A DNA stretch of 64,000 bases. Source: Histomonas meleagridis 2922-C6/04-290x. Lineage: Eukaryota; Protista; Parabasalia. The stretch lies in the NCBI GenBank assembly GCA_020184695.1, contig JAANOX010000259.1, positions 1-64,000 of the forward strand. Direction: 5' to 3'. How positions within the stretch are numbered: position 1 is the first letter of the stretch; each line of letters begins with the position of its first letter. The position numbers and the translations under genes are program-made. Of the stretch, positions 1-11,242 are shown one piece after another. The notes below the pieces were generated by a model that saw only the letters and a list, made by a program, of their open reading frames with translations, did no database searches and was not told where the DNA came from.

Positions 1-616
1 CACATTTATTACTCAAGAAAGAATGAAAAAATTTCTGAATATTTATAATAATACTTACCAATCAATAATCGATCGTTCTCCAAAAGAAATATTTGATAAT
101 AAAAATAAAAAAAAAGAATATATATTTAAATGTTTAGAATCTTCTGAAAAACAAAAATGTATTAAGAATTTAATTCTTCCTGTTGGCTCTTTTGTACGCT
201 ATATATTACCGCGTCATAATGGCATAACTAAAAAAAGATTTCAAATCAGCCGTGAATGTTATAAAATTGATGAACGGAAAGGAAACATATACGTTTTAAT
301 TGCTCAAGACGGAACAGTAATTACTAAACCAAGATACAAACTAATACCTATTGGTAAGAATAAACCAAATAATATTAAAGGATTCAAAGAATCCGCGAGC
401 ACAAAGTGCTCTTGGGCGTCAACTATTCCTGGTAAATGGGTTGGTTCTGTTGAGTCAATTTTATCATTTAATCCTAAAACAAATAAGTATAAAGTACTTT
501 TTACCGTTCCTGGGCAACGTTCATATCAAGATGAAATTCCTGCTTCATTTCTCCGCGGTAATACTCCTCATAAACAGTCAGAAATTGAAAGAGAATTTTT
601 TGCTAAACATAAATGA
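1..616 (+). CDS. C-terminal part of a Maverick/Polinton- or Ginger-type integrase (5'-truncated by window edge), ending in a chromodomain-like segment
   Basis: Frame is open from base 2 to the TGA at 614-616. PVGSFVRYILP...ECYKI resembles the post-catalytic region of c-integrases, and VESILSFNPKTNKYKVLF...DEIPASFLR resembles a chromo-like fold. The DDE core is not in the window. Confidence 0.55.
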   Translation, partial: TFITQERMKKFLNIYNNTYQSIIDRSPKEIFDNKNKKKEYIFKCLESSEKQKCIKNLILPVGSFVRYILPRHNGITKKRFQISRECYKIDERKGNIYVLIAQDGTVITKPRYKLIPIGKNKPNNIKGFKESASTKCSWASTIPGKWVGSVESILSFNPKTNKYKVLFTVPGQRSYQDEIPASFLRGNTPHKQSEIEREFFAKHK

Positions 617-826
617 TATTAATATTTATTTTTATACATGACAAACTAACTAACTAACTAACTAAAAAAGAAACTAGCTAAAGGAAATTCAAAATTGTTC
701 CGTGAGTTTCTCCATTCATGTGAAATCACTTGAAAATTGATGATTTACTCGACTAAACTCACAAATGAAATTAAGTTTAATTTTAAAGTAGTTTTTTGAT
801 TTTTTAATTTGTATATAAAGAGCTAA

Positions 827-1547
827 ATGGCGATTGTTAATTTTACATCAGAAGAACAAATTAATAAATACATTAACAGCAAAATCAATAAACTTGTTGT
901 TGAACATCAGCAAGAAATCAAAAGAAATTATTATCTTCATAAAAGAATATACTAAAGAAGAATATGAAAAGATGATAAATCAAATTTATTATAACATTCA
1001 ACACATACCGGGTGAAATATTTAAATCTAAAAATGAATTTATAACATCTGATATGCTCAAAGATCAATATATATCTAATTGCAAAAAAAAAATTGAATTA
1101 ATTGAATCAGATATGAAGAAAGCAGAAAATTTTCAGAAATTTTTAATTCAAGAAAGAAAAAAACTAGAAAAATATCCTCGGTGTAATCAAAATGTAATTG
1201 ATAATTTGACAGAATACATAAATCAAACCGTCAATTATTACCATCAAGATTTAATTGATGAGTATTTCGAATTGTTCGTGAATAAAGTCAAAAACATTTG
1301 TCCGAAAGATAAAGATTATTCTAAAACAATTGAAAGCGTATATTTAAATAAAAACGGTAAGCGAGCGATGCAAATTCTTGATAAATTTTCGCAAAGATTA
1401 ATTAATGCTTTAACTACAATAACTCTTTCGGTCAAGAATAATAAAACTTCTGAATTTATGTTAATTGAAACAACATTTAAGAATAAATTTAATAGATTAA
1501 TTGATATTATGTATCTGTTTATATCGAATTTCATCAAAAACAAATAA
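827..1547 (+). pseudogene. Hypothetical cargo gene of the inverted-repeat element, one frameshift
   Basis: ATG at 827 (MAIVNFTSEEQ...) shifts near 930 into the 834-1547 frame. No recognisable domain. Confidence 0.4.
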
Positions 1548-1570
1548 ATATTATTCCTGACGCTCATGCG

Positions 1571-1850
1571 ATGTCAAATTCAAAACTTGTGAAAACTAAT
1601 GCTGAAACTTTAATGTTTCGTTTGAATGAATCATTGACAGATACACTTCCTGAACTATTGAATGAAGAATTTACAGAAACAGTTAATTATCTAAAAGAAG
1701 ATTTAATAGCAACTAAATCATTTGCTGGAGTGTTAAAATACGACAATCATGAAAAAAATCTACCGATCCTTTAGTTGAGGAAGTAGATGAAGATGTAGAG
1801 AGTGATTCAATAATTGTAATTCAAGATTCAAAACCAACTTTTTGAGAATT
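1571..1850 (+). pseudogene. Second short hypothetical cargo ORF, frameshifted in an A-run
   Basis: MSNSKLVKTNAE... continues in another frame after the A7 at ~1752 as STDPLVEEVDEDVESD. Confidence 0.3.
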
Positions 1851-2054
1851 TCTTAAAAACTATTCCGAATGAAGAAATAGAAGTTTCTGAATTGTGTTCT
1901 ATGTTTAACAATTACTTCAACACTAACGTTTCAACAAGGAGCTTTTCAATGATGAATAACACTAAAAATCACTTTGATAAAAGATCGATTATAAAAAAAA
2001 AAAAAAGAACCACACATTACACAAAGAAACAGTACAATGCAAGCTTTATTTTTT

Positions 2055-2362
2055 TCATCAGCTCCAGTAAACATGCAATATTCACGTCAAATCACTAAAA
2101 TGGAGAAACTCATTCAGCTTTTCCGAATTTCCTTTAGCTAATAACTTTTTTAGTTAGTTAGTTAGTTAGTTAGTTTGTCGTGTTAAAAAATAATGAAAAC
2201 ACAACTTTCCACATAGGATTAACAACAATCCATCCGTTATCATCATCAGCTCCAGTAAACATGCAATATTCACGTCAAATCACTAAAATGGAGAAACTCA
2301 TTCAGCTTTTCCGAATTTCCTTTAGCTAGTTTCTTTTTTAGTTAGTTAGTTAGTTTGTCATG
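2055..2362 (+). repeat. Direct repeat pair of ~120 nt (2055-2179 and 2243-2360)
   Basis: TCATCAGCTCCAGTAAACATGCAATATTCACGTCAAATCACTAAAATGGAGAAACTCATTCAGCTTTTCCGAATTTCCTTTAGCTA...(TTAG)n occurs twice. Confidence 0.9.
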
Positions 2363-2482
2363 CCTCACACATTTTAAATATAAATGTCATCATGAATTTA
2401 AATATATTTTATTACTTTCAATCAAAACCAACCGATTTATGATAATTCAATCGATTTTAGCCGTTCATCCTTTAGTTTATGT

Positions 2483-2541
2483 AGCGCGAGTGGGAGCGAG
2501 TGCGTAGCACGAAGCTCACATAGCGCTGTGTGTGTGTGTGT
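2483..2541 (+). other. GC-rich nested hairpin followed by (TG)7
   Basis: AGCGC-GA-GTGGGAGC-GA-GTGC-GTA-GCAC-GAA-GCTCAC-ATA-GCGCT, then TG repeats to 2541. Confidence 0.7.
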
Positions 2542-2543
2542 AA

Positions 2544-2774
2544 GGAAGTCCAACAATTGGCACTTTGAATACATATAAAGGAATTGTTCAGGAATGTATG
2601 CCAACACCGTCAGAGTCACCAACTGAATCACCAACACCAGCACCACCAGAAACGGACACACCACATCCAGAAACAGAAACAGAAGAAACAGAGTCTACAG
2701 ATAGCAACAGATTTAGGACCACTGTAACGTATTCCATTGTGATGTTAATTCTGTCAATTGTCTTAATATTATAA
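2544..2774 (+). pseudogene. 3' remnant of a surface protein gene (Pro/Thr/Glu stalk plus hydrophobic C-terminus)
   Basis: PTPSESPTESPTPAPPETDTPHPETETEET then TVTYSIVMLILSIVLIL*. The frame is cut off upstream at the (TG)n tract. Confidence 0.6.
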
Positions 2775-4236
2775 GGTAAGTAATAAACCTTAAAATATTA
2801 ATAATATTTTGCGAGAACATTTTTATTATAAATTATTATCATTTCAGAACCAGATGAATTTTCTGTACGATTTGCTTCATACTTCGATTTTATGACGAAC
2901 TGAAAAAATATTTTTTTTGAACAATCGTTTTTTGCTACAGACAAACCTCGTCAATTTTAGCAGCAAAAAATAATTTAGATTTCATTTTTCTGTAATAAAA
3001 TTTGTAATATAAAAAATAGATGGAGCAAAACGTCAGATTTTGATGAAAAAATTATGATTTTAAAATATGAGAAGCTAACAAAATCATATAAATCATTGAT
3101 TTTTAGAATTTCTTCTCATTTTTTGAGTTTCAGATTCTAGTCAATGCCTATAATTAAAAATTTTATGAATATTAAATAAAACATTATAATTATTTAAATT
3201 CACATATCTGTTGAAAGAATAATAGTAAAATAATATTGGATGGGAAAAAAGGGTATACATTTCAGAATAAGGATATTTTTAATCAACTGGATGCATATTT
3301 CCAACGATAGAATCAAATGAATGAAAAATCATCAGATTTATATACAAGAACTGAAGCAATAAACTAAGAAACATACAAGCTCATAACAACACACTCATAC
3401 CACTACCCCACAGTGAGGTTAGGCTCAGTGATCTAACAAATTTATGAAATGATAAATTTTAATAATTATGATCTTAAGATTACTCATACAGTGCAAAAAA
3501 CGCAATATAAATTCAAATAGTCAAGTAATATAATTTTGGTTGATATTTTTATTAAGCTTTGAGAATTTTGGAGATTTTTTGTGTTATAGGGATTAATTTG
3601 TTGACTATAATCACTTTCTTAGAGAGTGATTTGCAATAGAAAGAAAATGAAAATGGCATTACATGTCACCAAAAGTATTGAACTATCACACGAAAATGGA
3701 TATGTTGATGTTAAATATGCAATTTCATCATAAGCCTTTATAAAAATTATTTTATTTTCTTGTAAAACTTCCAATATTAGAAGTTTTAACACCTGCAAAC
3801 ACATTCATTTCGAACATATTTGTTTTTTTTTTTTATCATTATAATGTATATACCAAAGATTAAAACATCCATTAAATGCATTATCATAAATTTCATAGTC
3901 ATAAACAAGAAGATTAAAATGAACAAGAAAAGAAATTAAGCTAAATATACCCTTCAACAAAAGATTTACACATGTTTAAAAATTAACTATTTTATATAAT
4001 ATTTTAAAACAATACAATTAGCTGAAATTATTACCAAAGCAACTAAAAATAATTTAAAAAAGGAGTTGATTTCAGTGGAAAAGATATACAAATTGTTCTT
4101 TATATAAGAACTTTAAATATCTAAAATTTTCCATATTAAAAGTCGACTTTTCCCATTTGGGAATTGTTTCTGTTAAATACATAATAAATTATCAAATTTT
4201 TATACATAAAACATATATCAGTAAATATTTATTTAT

Positions 4237-5796
4237 TTATTGCTGCCTGAAGTTCAATAATTCTTCAAATTGGCTTTTGTCATTAATTATTCGCAGCACT
4301 TCAGTGTTTGCTGCCCTTGGACCTTGTGCATCAATATACCTTAAACATGGCACCAATTCCCATATTTCATCTTCAGTCCTTACCAAGATCGCGAAGATTA
4401 AACCTGTTTTTGCTTGTTGATTAGTTAATGGAAGATACATTAATTCAAATTTATTTTTTCCATCCATTAACCGCAAAAAACCGCCAGAGATGCGGTTAAA
4501 TGGGACACCCCCATATGATGTGACGGTTATCGCAAGAAGCCTCACTTCTCGAGGAAGATCTTGGAGCTTGATCGTGATAACTTCATCATCTCCTTCCCCT
4601 TGGCCAGTCAAGTTATCACCAGAATGATAAATGAGGCCATTTAAGACTTTTAATGAATTGAAGAAACAACAATCTAAATACTCAAACTTATCATTAAATT
4701 TTGCCTTCGAATAGACTAAACATGAACCATCAAGATCAGTGGTTGTGTCCCAGCCAAGACCAACAGCAATTGATGATGGAAATTGGACATGATGGAAATC
4801 TACTGCTGATGATAAAGAAACTGTCGTCCCTTGGTAAAGAGTTAGACGTCGCCAAAATGGTTTGGTTGCATCAATAGAACGTCCAACATTACCGAAAAGT
4901 TCGTCAATCTTATCATCTGGTAAACTCATAACATTCATATTTTCATATGTAATAACTCCTTTCTTTACACTTATGGTAATAGGAAATGTGGTGCAGGTGT
5001 TATTAGCAATGGTAGTATTACAAGATTTTAATATTTTGAAGGAATTTATGTTCTTGATTTTTATCCTGTTTTTCTTCTGAACTTCATCGGCGGCAACAAA
5101 ATGAAGAGTAACATCGCCTTCGTAGTTCATTGATTTGGCGAAAAATACAAAAACTCCATTTGATTTTTTCATATTCTTGATCATGAATTTGTAAACATTC
5201 GTATAGCCTGTTGGGCCATAGTGTGCAGAACTTGCCGAAGCGATGTACAATGACTTTTGATTATTTGATGGAGGTACTAATTGAATTAAATTTTTCGTAT
5301 TTTCGTAAAACATCGCCGAAAGTTGAACTGGACACGTTCCAGTAACAGGTGAAGAGTATGTTAAATATGCATAAATAGCTGTATAATTTTTGATATTTGA
5401 ATCTGACGGAAAGTTTTCGGTAGGAAGACGATATTTAAATGAAAGTGTTGGAGGGCCTTTGGTAGCTTTCTTGACCGTAACTGGAAGCTTCAGCTCTTTG
5501 TCATTATTTTCAACTGACAAAAAAGCATCCACAGTTCCGAGATAATCATTGCTTGAAAGGCGGTCATAATCATATAATTCAAAGTCCAAATTGTCAACAC
5601 AAACAAAAGGAACCTTAAGTGGCTTGGAATAATCTCCATCCCAAACTGGATCTAATGTTTTAAATTTGATTTCTGTTTTGGCTAACTTATATTTTAATCC
5701 AAAAGCCTTCGATTGGATCTTTGTGAATGGGTCAGAAAGGCCATTTGGATCTGCGCTTGGGAGATTTTCAGCGGAAGAAATCCATACGTCAATCAT
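4237..5796 (-). CDS. C2 domain - TerD domain fusion protein
   Basis: N-terminal C2 (ISSAENLPSADPNGLSDPF...DPVW...FELYDYDRLSSNDYLG). C-terminal TerD (VGLGWD..DLDGSC...HSGDNLTGQGEGDDEVITI). First ATG at 5796. Confidence 0.85.
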   Translation of the reverse strand: MIDVWISSAENLPSADPNGLSDPFTKIQSKAFGLKYKLAKTEIKFKTLDPVWDGDYSKPLKVPFVCVDNLDFELYDYDRLSSNDYLGTVDAFLSVENNDKELKLPVTVKKATKGPPTLSFKYRLPTENFPSDSNIKNYTAIYAYLTYSSPVTGTCPVQLSAMFYENTKNLIQLVPPSNNQKSLYIASASSAHYGPTGYTNVYKFMIKNMKKSNGVFVFFAKSMNYEGDVTLHFVAADEVQKKNRIKIKNINSFKILKSCNTTIANNTCTTFPITISVKKGVITYENMNVMSLPDDKIDELFGNVGRSIDATKPFWRRLTLYQGTTVSLSSAVDFHHVQFPSSIAVGLGWDTTTDLDGSCLVYSKAKFNDKFEYLDCCFFNSLKVLNGLIYHSGDNLTGQGEGDDEVITIKLQDLPREVRLLAITVTSYGGVPFNRISGGFLRLMDGKNKFELMYLPLTNQQAKTGLIFAILVRTEDEIWELVPCLRYIDAQGPRAANTEVLRIINDKSQFEELLNFRQQ

Positions 5797-6285
5797 CGAA
5801 ACTGTCAAATCACTTCACAAACACAGAAATACCGGCGCGGCGGTTATTTTGAATACATTATAAAATTTGGAGGTTTTTGGTTAAAATAAACGTCGTCTGA
5901 AAGTTGGGCAATATTCATTACATAAAAATATTTCTTAAACTTTTCATTACAACAAAACATAGTGAGTTGGATAATGATATTCTTCAATATTTTATAAAAA
6001 TATTGCAATAACAAAATAATGGGTGTGGATAATTTATAAATTCAAAAAAAACATCTAAAAAATATAATAAAACTTAACATTTTAATGCATAAACTATTAT
6101 ATATGATTGTTGATTTTTTGTCATGATGACAAGAATTCAACAGCTTATTATGACAGGAAAATAATTTGCACAAATTTAATGTTTAATTCGTATTCAATTT
6201 CTTTCAAACCCTGAAGGCTTTAATTCATTTCAAGTGGTAGAAATCAAAGTCAAGCGATTATCAAATACTTCGAAAACCTTCAAAT

Positions 6286-6800
6286 ATGAGAAGCTATTGA
6301 GAGAATTATTTTCGATTTAAATGAGGAACACATTGATCACTCAGTAGAATCTTCTTTTCAATACTTTTTCAAGAATTTCCAATTTCATTCCTTCATATTA
6401 TTAGCAGAATTATTTATTCATATTTTGAAAAATTATGCATCAAGTATTTACAGAAAGCAGAAATAAAATCAAATAAAACCTTAATTAAAATTGTTTCTAA
6501 ATTTTTATAAACAATTAACAAAGAACATGAAATCGATAAACTTCAAGAAATATCATCACAAAATAATTTTAATTTTGATCAAACAATTGAACCATCACTT
6601 TATGAAAGATGTTCATTTATTAATAAAGAAAATGTATCATTAATTGATTATGCAGAATTTTTTCTTCAGTTAAATGTTTTAAATATTTACTTATGAATGG
6701 AGCAAAATTAGATAAAACAGGTAAATATGCTGTTACAGGTGGGAATGAAGAAATCATTCATTTATGTGAGCAAAATCATTCATCATTTGAAACATCTTAT
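6286..6800 (+). pseudogene. Degenerate DUF3447-type (ankyrin-associated) gene relic
   Basis: EIDKLQEISSQNNFNFDQTIEPSLYERCSFINKENVSLIDYA, frameshift, then KCFKYLLMNGAK...GGNEEIIHLCEQ. Homologous to the genes at 30.5, 44.9 and 47.3 kb, with multiple stops. Confidence 0.8.
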
Positions 6801-7109
6801 TTAAAAATATTTTTTATACATTTTATAAAATGTTTAATTAGTATATTGGTAGGTGTTAGTTACATAGTATGGTATTGATTCGTAAATCAATAGTTTGGTA
6901 TTATTGGTATTATAATTTTGATAAACAAAACTACTGAGTTATATTTATTTTAATTTAATATTCTTAAAGGATATATAACAGATTCTAACCACCCTCTTTG
7001 TCATGGAATTCTTGGAATTGCTGTAGAAATCCATTAGATACGGAAGCTATTTTTAACGTTCTCAATTTTTTTGGAAAATTTCAATCGAAATACAAAAGTG
7101 CTAAATTAA

Positions 7110-8480
7110 ATGCAAGAGAACTTGAAACAAGCAGCCATTTGCTGTCAAGAAAACAAATTTTCACAACTTCAATCCCTCCTTCAAGCTGGACTTAATCCTA
7201 ACTCAATTATACCATATTTTAAGACCAAAACACTCCAGCGTCGCGATGTTCCATTGGTTACAGCTGCTGTATATTTTGACTCACGCGAATGTCTTAGGCT
7301 TCTTATAAATAGCGGATCAAACATTGAAAAAGAAGATAGTGTTTTTTTAATTTTTTTAATATTTCTTTTAAATCTTTTGGAATTTCTTTATTTTTAACTT
7401 TCGAAACCCGTTCATTGGAGCTGCTTATTTGGTCATGATCAGTCACTTAGTATTTTACTTGAACACGGAGCAGATCCGAATCCCACAAATAATCCATCGG
7501 TTACAATTCCATTATTAATCGCCGCTAAAAACGGACATACTAAATGTGTTAAAGTTCTACTTGATGCTGGTGTTAATGTGAATCAACAAGATGGCACTGG
7601 TCGTAGTGCATTACATTTAGCATGTTGGTTTGGTCATATTCAACTTATACCAATTTTACTTGAACACAAGGCAACAGTAGCATTACCTGACAATGAAGGA
7701 CATACACCTTTACATTTAGCATGTTGGTTTGGTTATTACCAAATATGCGAATTATTAATTAAGTCAAATGCGCCTTTAGATATCCATGACCATGTAGGCC
7801 GTACACCACTACATTTTGCTGTGCAGCATAATCGATCTAATGTTGTTGAATTATTATTAAAATCTGGAGCTAACACAAAACTTAAAGATTGCAATGGTAA
7901 AACGCCCGAGGCGCTTGCCATTGTTGATGAACGCCCCGAAATCATTGAAATATTTCAAAAATTTTCACGGAATCAAAACAAAGACAATAATATTGAAGAA
8001 CAACAATTAATAGAAACAGAACCTATTGAGCGTCAAATTTATGAAGAACATCAAAGAATGAAGTCTTTGGTGAACAAATTGGTTGAATGCCGAGATCGGC
8101 AATTTGACCATTATGCAGTTTTACGACAAAAAATTGAAAACCAAGAAATCGCTCAAAAAATTTTACAACACGATCAAAATGATATTCAAAAACATATCGA
8201 AAAATTACAACAAACTTTAAACGGTATCTTGTTAACGTTCGATGCTGCTTTACATTTAGAGCAGCAAAATGAAAACAATCAAATTAAACAACAACAGCAA
8301 CAACAACAAGCGATGTCTTCAAGAAGGTCTAATAGTAGAACAGTGATTTGTAGGAAGTGTAATGAAAAGGCTGCAAAATTAAGATGTAAACATTGTAGGT
8401 CCCCAATTTGCCAGGAATGCGCAGAATTAATTAAACAGAGTGGTTGCCCATTCTGTATGGAAAACAACAAATATAATTGA
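7110..8480 (+). CDS. Ankyrin-repeat protein with coiled coil and C-terminal RING-like zinc finger, interrupted by a 66-nt intron-like spacer (7338-7403)
   Basis: 7110-7397 and 7398-8480 are the same frame with a single TAA at 7395. Ankyrin repeats (GRSALHLACWFGH, GHTPLHLAC, GRTPLHFAV). C-terminal CxxC...CxxC...CxxC...CPFC. Confidence 0.85.
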
Positions 8481-8848
8481 TAAATAGATAATTGTGAGAA
8501 TTTTTTTTTATATTCTTAAGTTACACAAATGAGATTGTAAATTCGTTATATGAGCTATAATATTTAAAAATTAGATACAGTTCTAAATAGCAAATAATTT
8601 ATCAAATGGTAAATAAGTTTGCATTATATGCAAATAAGATGTCTATAAAGTAATTCTAATTGTCAAATGTTACTTTGGTAATATATCGAAAGTCCTTAAT
8701 TTCTTTTTGGGAAAATTATGTGCAAATGATGAATAAGTTAGTAAAATCATTAATTTTTGTTCAAATAAATATTTTCAACACTTTTTTTGTTTATGATTGA
8801 AGACGACCGTTATAAATCATTGTTGGGGTGGCCTGCATTTTTTTGAGA

Positions 8849-11242
8849 ATGTTTGTTCAAATGAACATTCCAAAAACTTTATTTATTGCTTATCATGAAG
8901 GTAATTCAGAACAACTGAATGAAATTCAACAATTTTTAATAACAAACAATCAAAATATTGAAATATCAGCACAGTTTGTAAATGTAATTTTAAATCCAAA
9001 CGTTGATATTAATTTTAAGTTTTTATCATTATCTATAATTCGTCATTGTAAATTACAATTAAATTTAGGAATGATTCAATCATTAATTCCTTTATTAAAT
9101 GATTCGAATAATTCACTTGTTTATCAAGTTTCGTTAGTTTTAGGTGAAAATATTTCTAACATTGAAGAATTTGTATTTCACAGTAATAAACAACAAATTT
9201 ATGGAATTCTTTATACATTATTTCATTATATTGAAGTTCATCATTTAATAACACAAAACATCTTTCAATATTTATGTGAAATCATTTCCACATCTTCAGA
9301 TATATTTAGTATTGTTTTATCATCACGTTGTATTACTAATTTTATTTGTTATCAATTTGATAATAAAGAAGATACAAAAGAAGAAAATTTTATTCCATTA
9401 TTTAATTTCATTTTTACAATATTTCACAATAAAAAATATTACAATTTCGAATGTACCAATTTTTATTGAACTTGTTCCACTTCTTTCTCTTGTTCCAGAA
9501 AGTCTTGAAAAATTGAAAGTTATCACATTTCAACTTAGTCAAATAGTTCAATTTTGTCCATTTCCGAAAGAAATTGTATTAAATGATGGCACGCATTATA
9601 GTTTTTTTCTACGTATGGAATTGAACTCTTTAAAATGTTTATTGATATTGTTCAAAACAATGAAGAAATGAATCAAATTTCATTAATTCCAATTTATATA
9701 CAACTTTGCATTGCATCAGAAGATGAATATTTTAATTGGCTAAATGATGTTGAACAGTTTGTTACTGATAACATTAATGAAGATATTGAAGAGAACACAA
9801 TTCTTCGTGAAGATGTCAAAGAATTTCTTCAAGAGAATATTTCGTTCAGTACATTAATTCCATATTTTAATAATATGAATAATAACAATCGAAATGAAGA
9901 AACTTTATATTATATTCTTTCTACATATTTAGAACATATTGAAGTTAAAAATGAATTTCCGCTTCCAACACCAATTACGAATGAAGATCCTATTTTGATT
10001 GGACGATATTTCATGTGTTGCATTTATTTGAATCGACAAATTCCGGAAGATTATATTAATGGACTTCACGCGAACCATTTCTCAATTCCATTATTTATAT
10101 CGAAAGCGATTATTAAGAAATCAGAAAAATTTCAATATCTTTTTCCAATATGCGTTAAAACCATTAACAAATGTTATGGAAATGATTTCTAATGGGAATA
10201 TCATTGAAATTGTTAAACTTGTTAATGAAATTCTATTTAAGTGTATAAATAATTACGAAGATATAATTCCAGAATATTTAAACATATATAAAAATTTGTA
10301 TATTAAATATTCAGAGAATGGGTATATTTCAAGTGAAATATCAGAATTAATTTGCGTCTTTTTAATACATCCGAAATTTTATTTAATTATTCAAGAAACT
10401 TTTTTACCGATTTTTTGTGAATTTCTTTTTGAAGATAACAAATATATAAATGCTATTGCATTTGCATATTCGATATTTTCACGATTTCCAAATGAATATT
10501 TTGTTATAACTGAAAATATATATATTTTTTCATAAAATGTTTATAACATTTTTACATCATAAAATGAAAATTGAACAAGAAATAATTTTTTTTTTTTTTT
10601 GAAATTTTATCATTTTTTGTTCGAATTAATTTAAAAGAAGGAATTGAAGAATTTTTCATATTATATTCTACAAGTAAATATCAAAAGAAATACATTGATC
10701 AACGCTTTTCAGATTTATCTATTTCATTATACAAACAAGGGAATGGGCACACGAAACACAACATAATGAATTTAGTCATTGAACTTTTTCAATTCAAAAC
10801 AAATTTCAATGATTTATCACTTACTAACGATAGGATCACGTTAATTTTAACGATCTCCTATATTTATTTTGAAGATAAACGAAATGTTGATATTTGGTTA
10901 ACACAACGAAATATTAATTTTAACTTTTTATATGATATGATTTTAAATAGTTATGTTGAACTTCCTTATCAATTTGATAATAATCTTTATTTCTATTTTC
11001 TTTTTACATTTAATGTTGATGATGAAATGAAAATAAAATCATTCGAAATATATTTGAGACATTTGGCTGTTTCTAATCTTTATTTGGAAGGATATAAAAC
11101 AATACATTTTTCAGAAGTCAATCCAATGATAAGAATGCATCCATTGTACGAAATGTCGAATTCCGAATTCTTAAGTTTTGTAATTGGAATATTTCCAAAC
11201 GAATATCAAACGAAATTACAAAAATATTTACCAATAAAATAA
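8849..11242 (+). pseudogene. Multiply frameshifted helical-repeat protein, possibly importin-beta/HEAT-like
   Basis: Five overlapping or adjacent same-strand ORFs in different frames (8828-9469, 9276-9671, 9635-10192, 10059-10535, 10766-11242). Helical character; weak resemblance to an importin-beta N-terminus. Confidence 0.35.

Larger units (their letters stand above)
637..2362. mobile_element. ~1.7 kb segment bounded by imperfect inverted repeats containing (TAAC)n; right end duplicated
   Basis: CATGACAAAC(TAAC)4TAAAAAAGAAACTAGCTAAAGGAAATTC...TGAGTTTCTCCATT at 637-716 has its reverse complement at ~2286-2362. A second reverse copy lies at ~2100-2181. No TSD identified. Confidence 0.6.

Noticed and set aside
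645-664. (TAAC)n as a telomeric repeat or as tandem ACTAAC branch points
   Set aside because: Only 3-5 units, embedded in a longer dispersed repeat, with no adjacent splice sites.
637-735. Alternative genetic code (TAA read as an amino acid) to open the repeat as an ORF
   Set aside because: Conserved genes (RPL7, RPL8, SUB2, hydrogenase) end in TAA and contain no internal TAA/TAG.
3619-3804. Short minus-strand ORF and a possible BspA relic
   Set aside because: Too short and degenerate to support a call.
6121-6215. Possible box C/D snoRNA (ATGATGA...CTGA)
   Set aside because: Motifs are expected by chance in AT-rich DNA; no terminal stem or recognisable guide.
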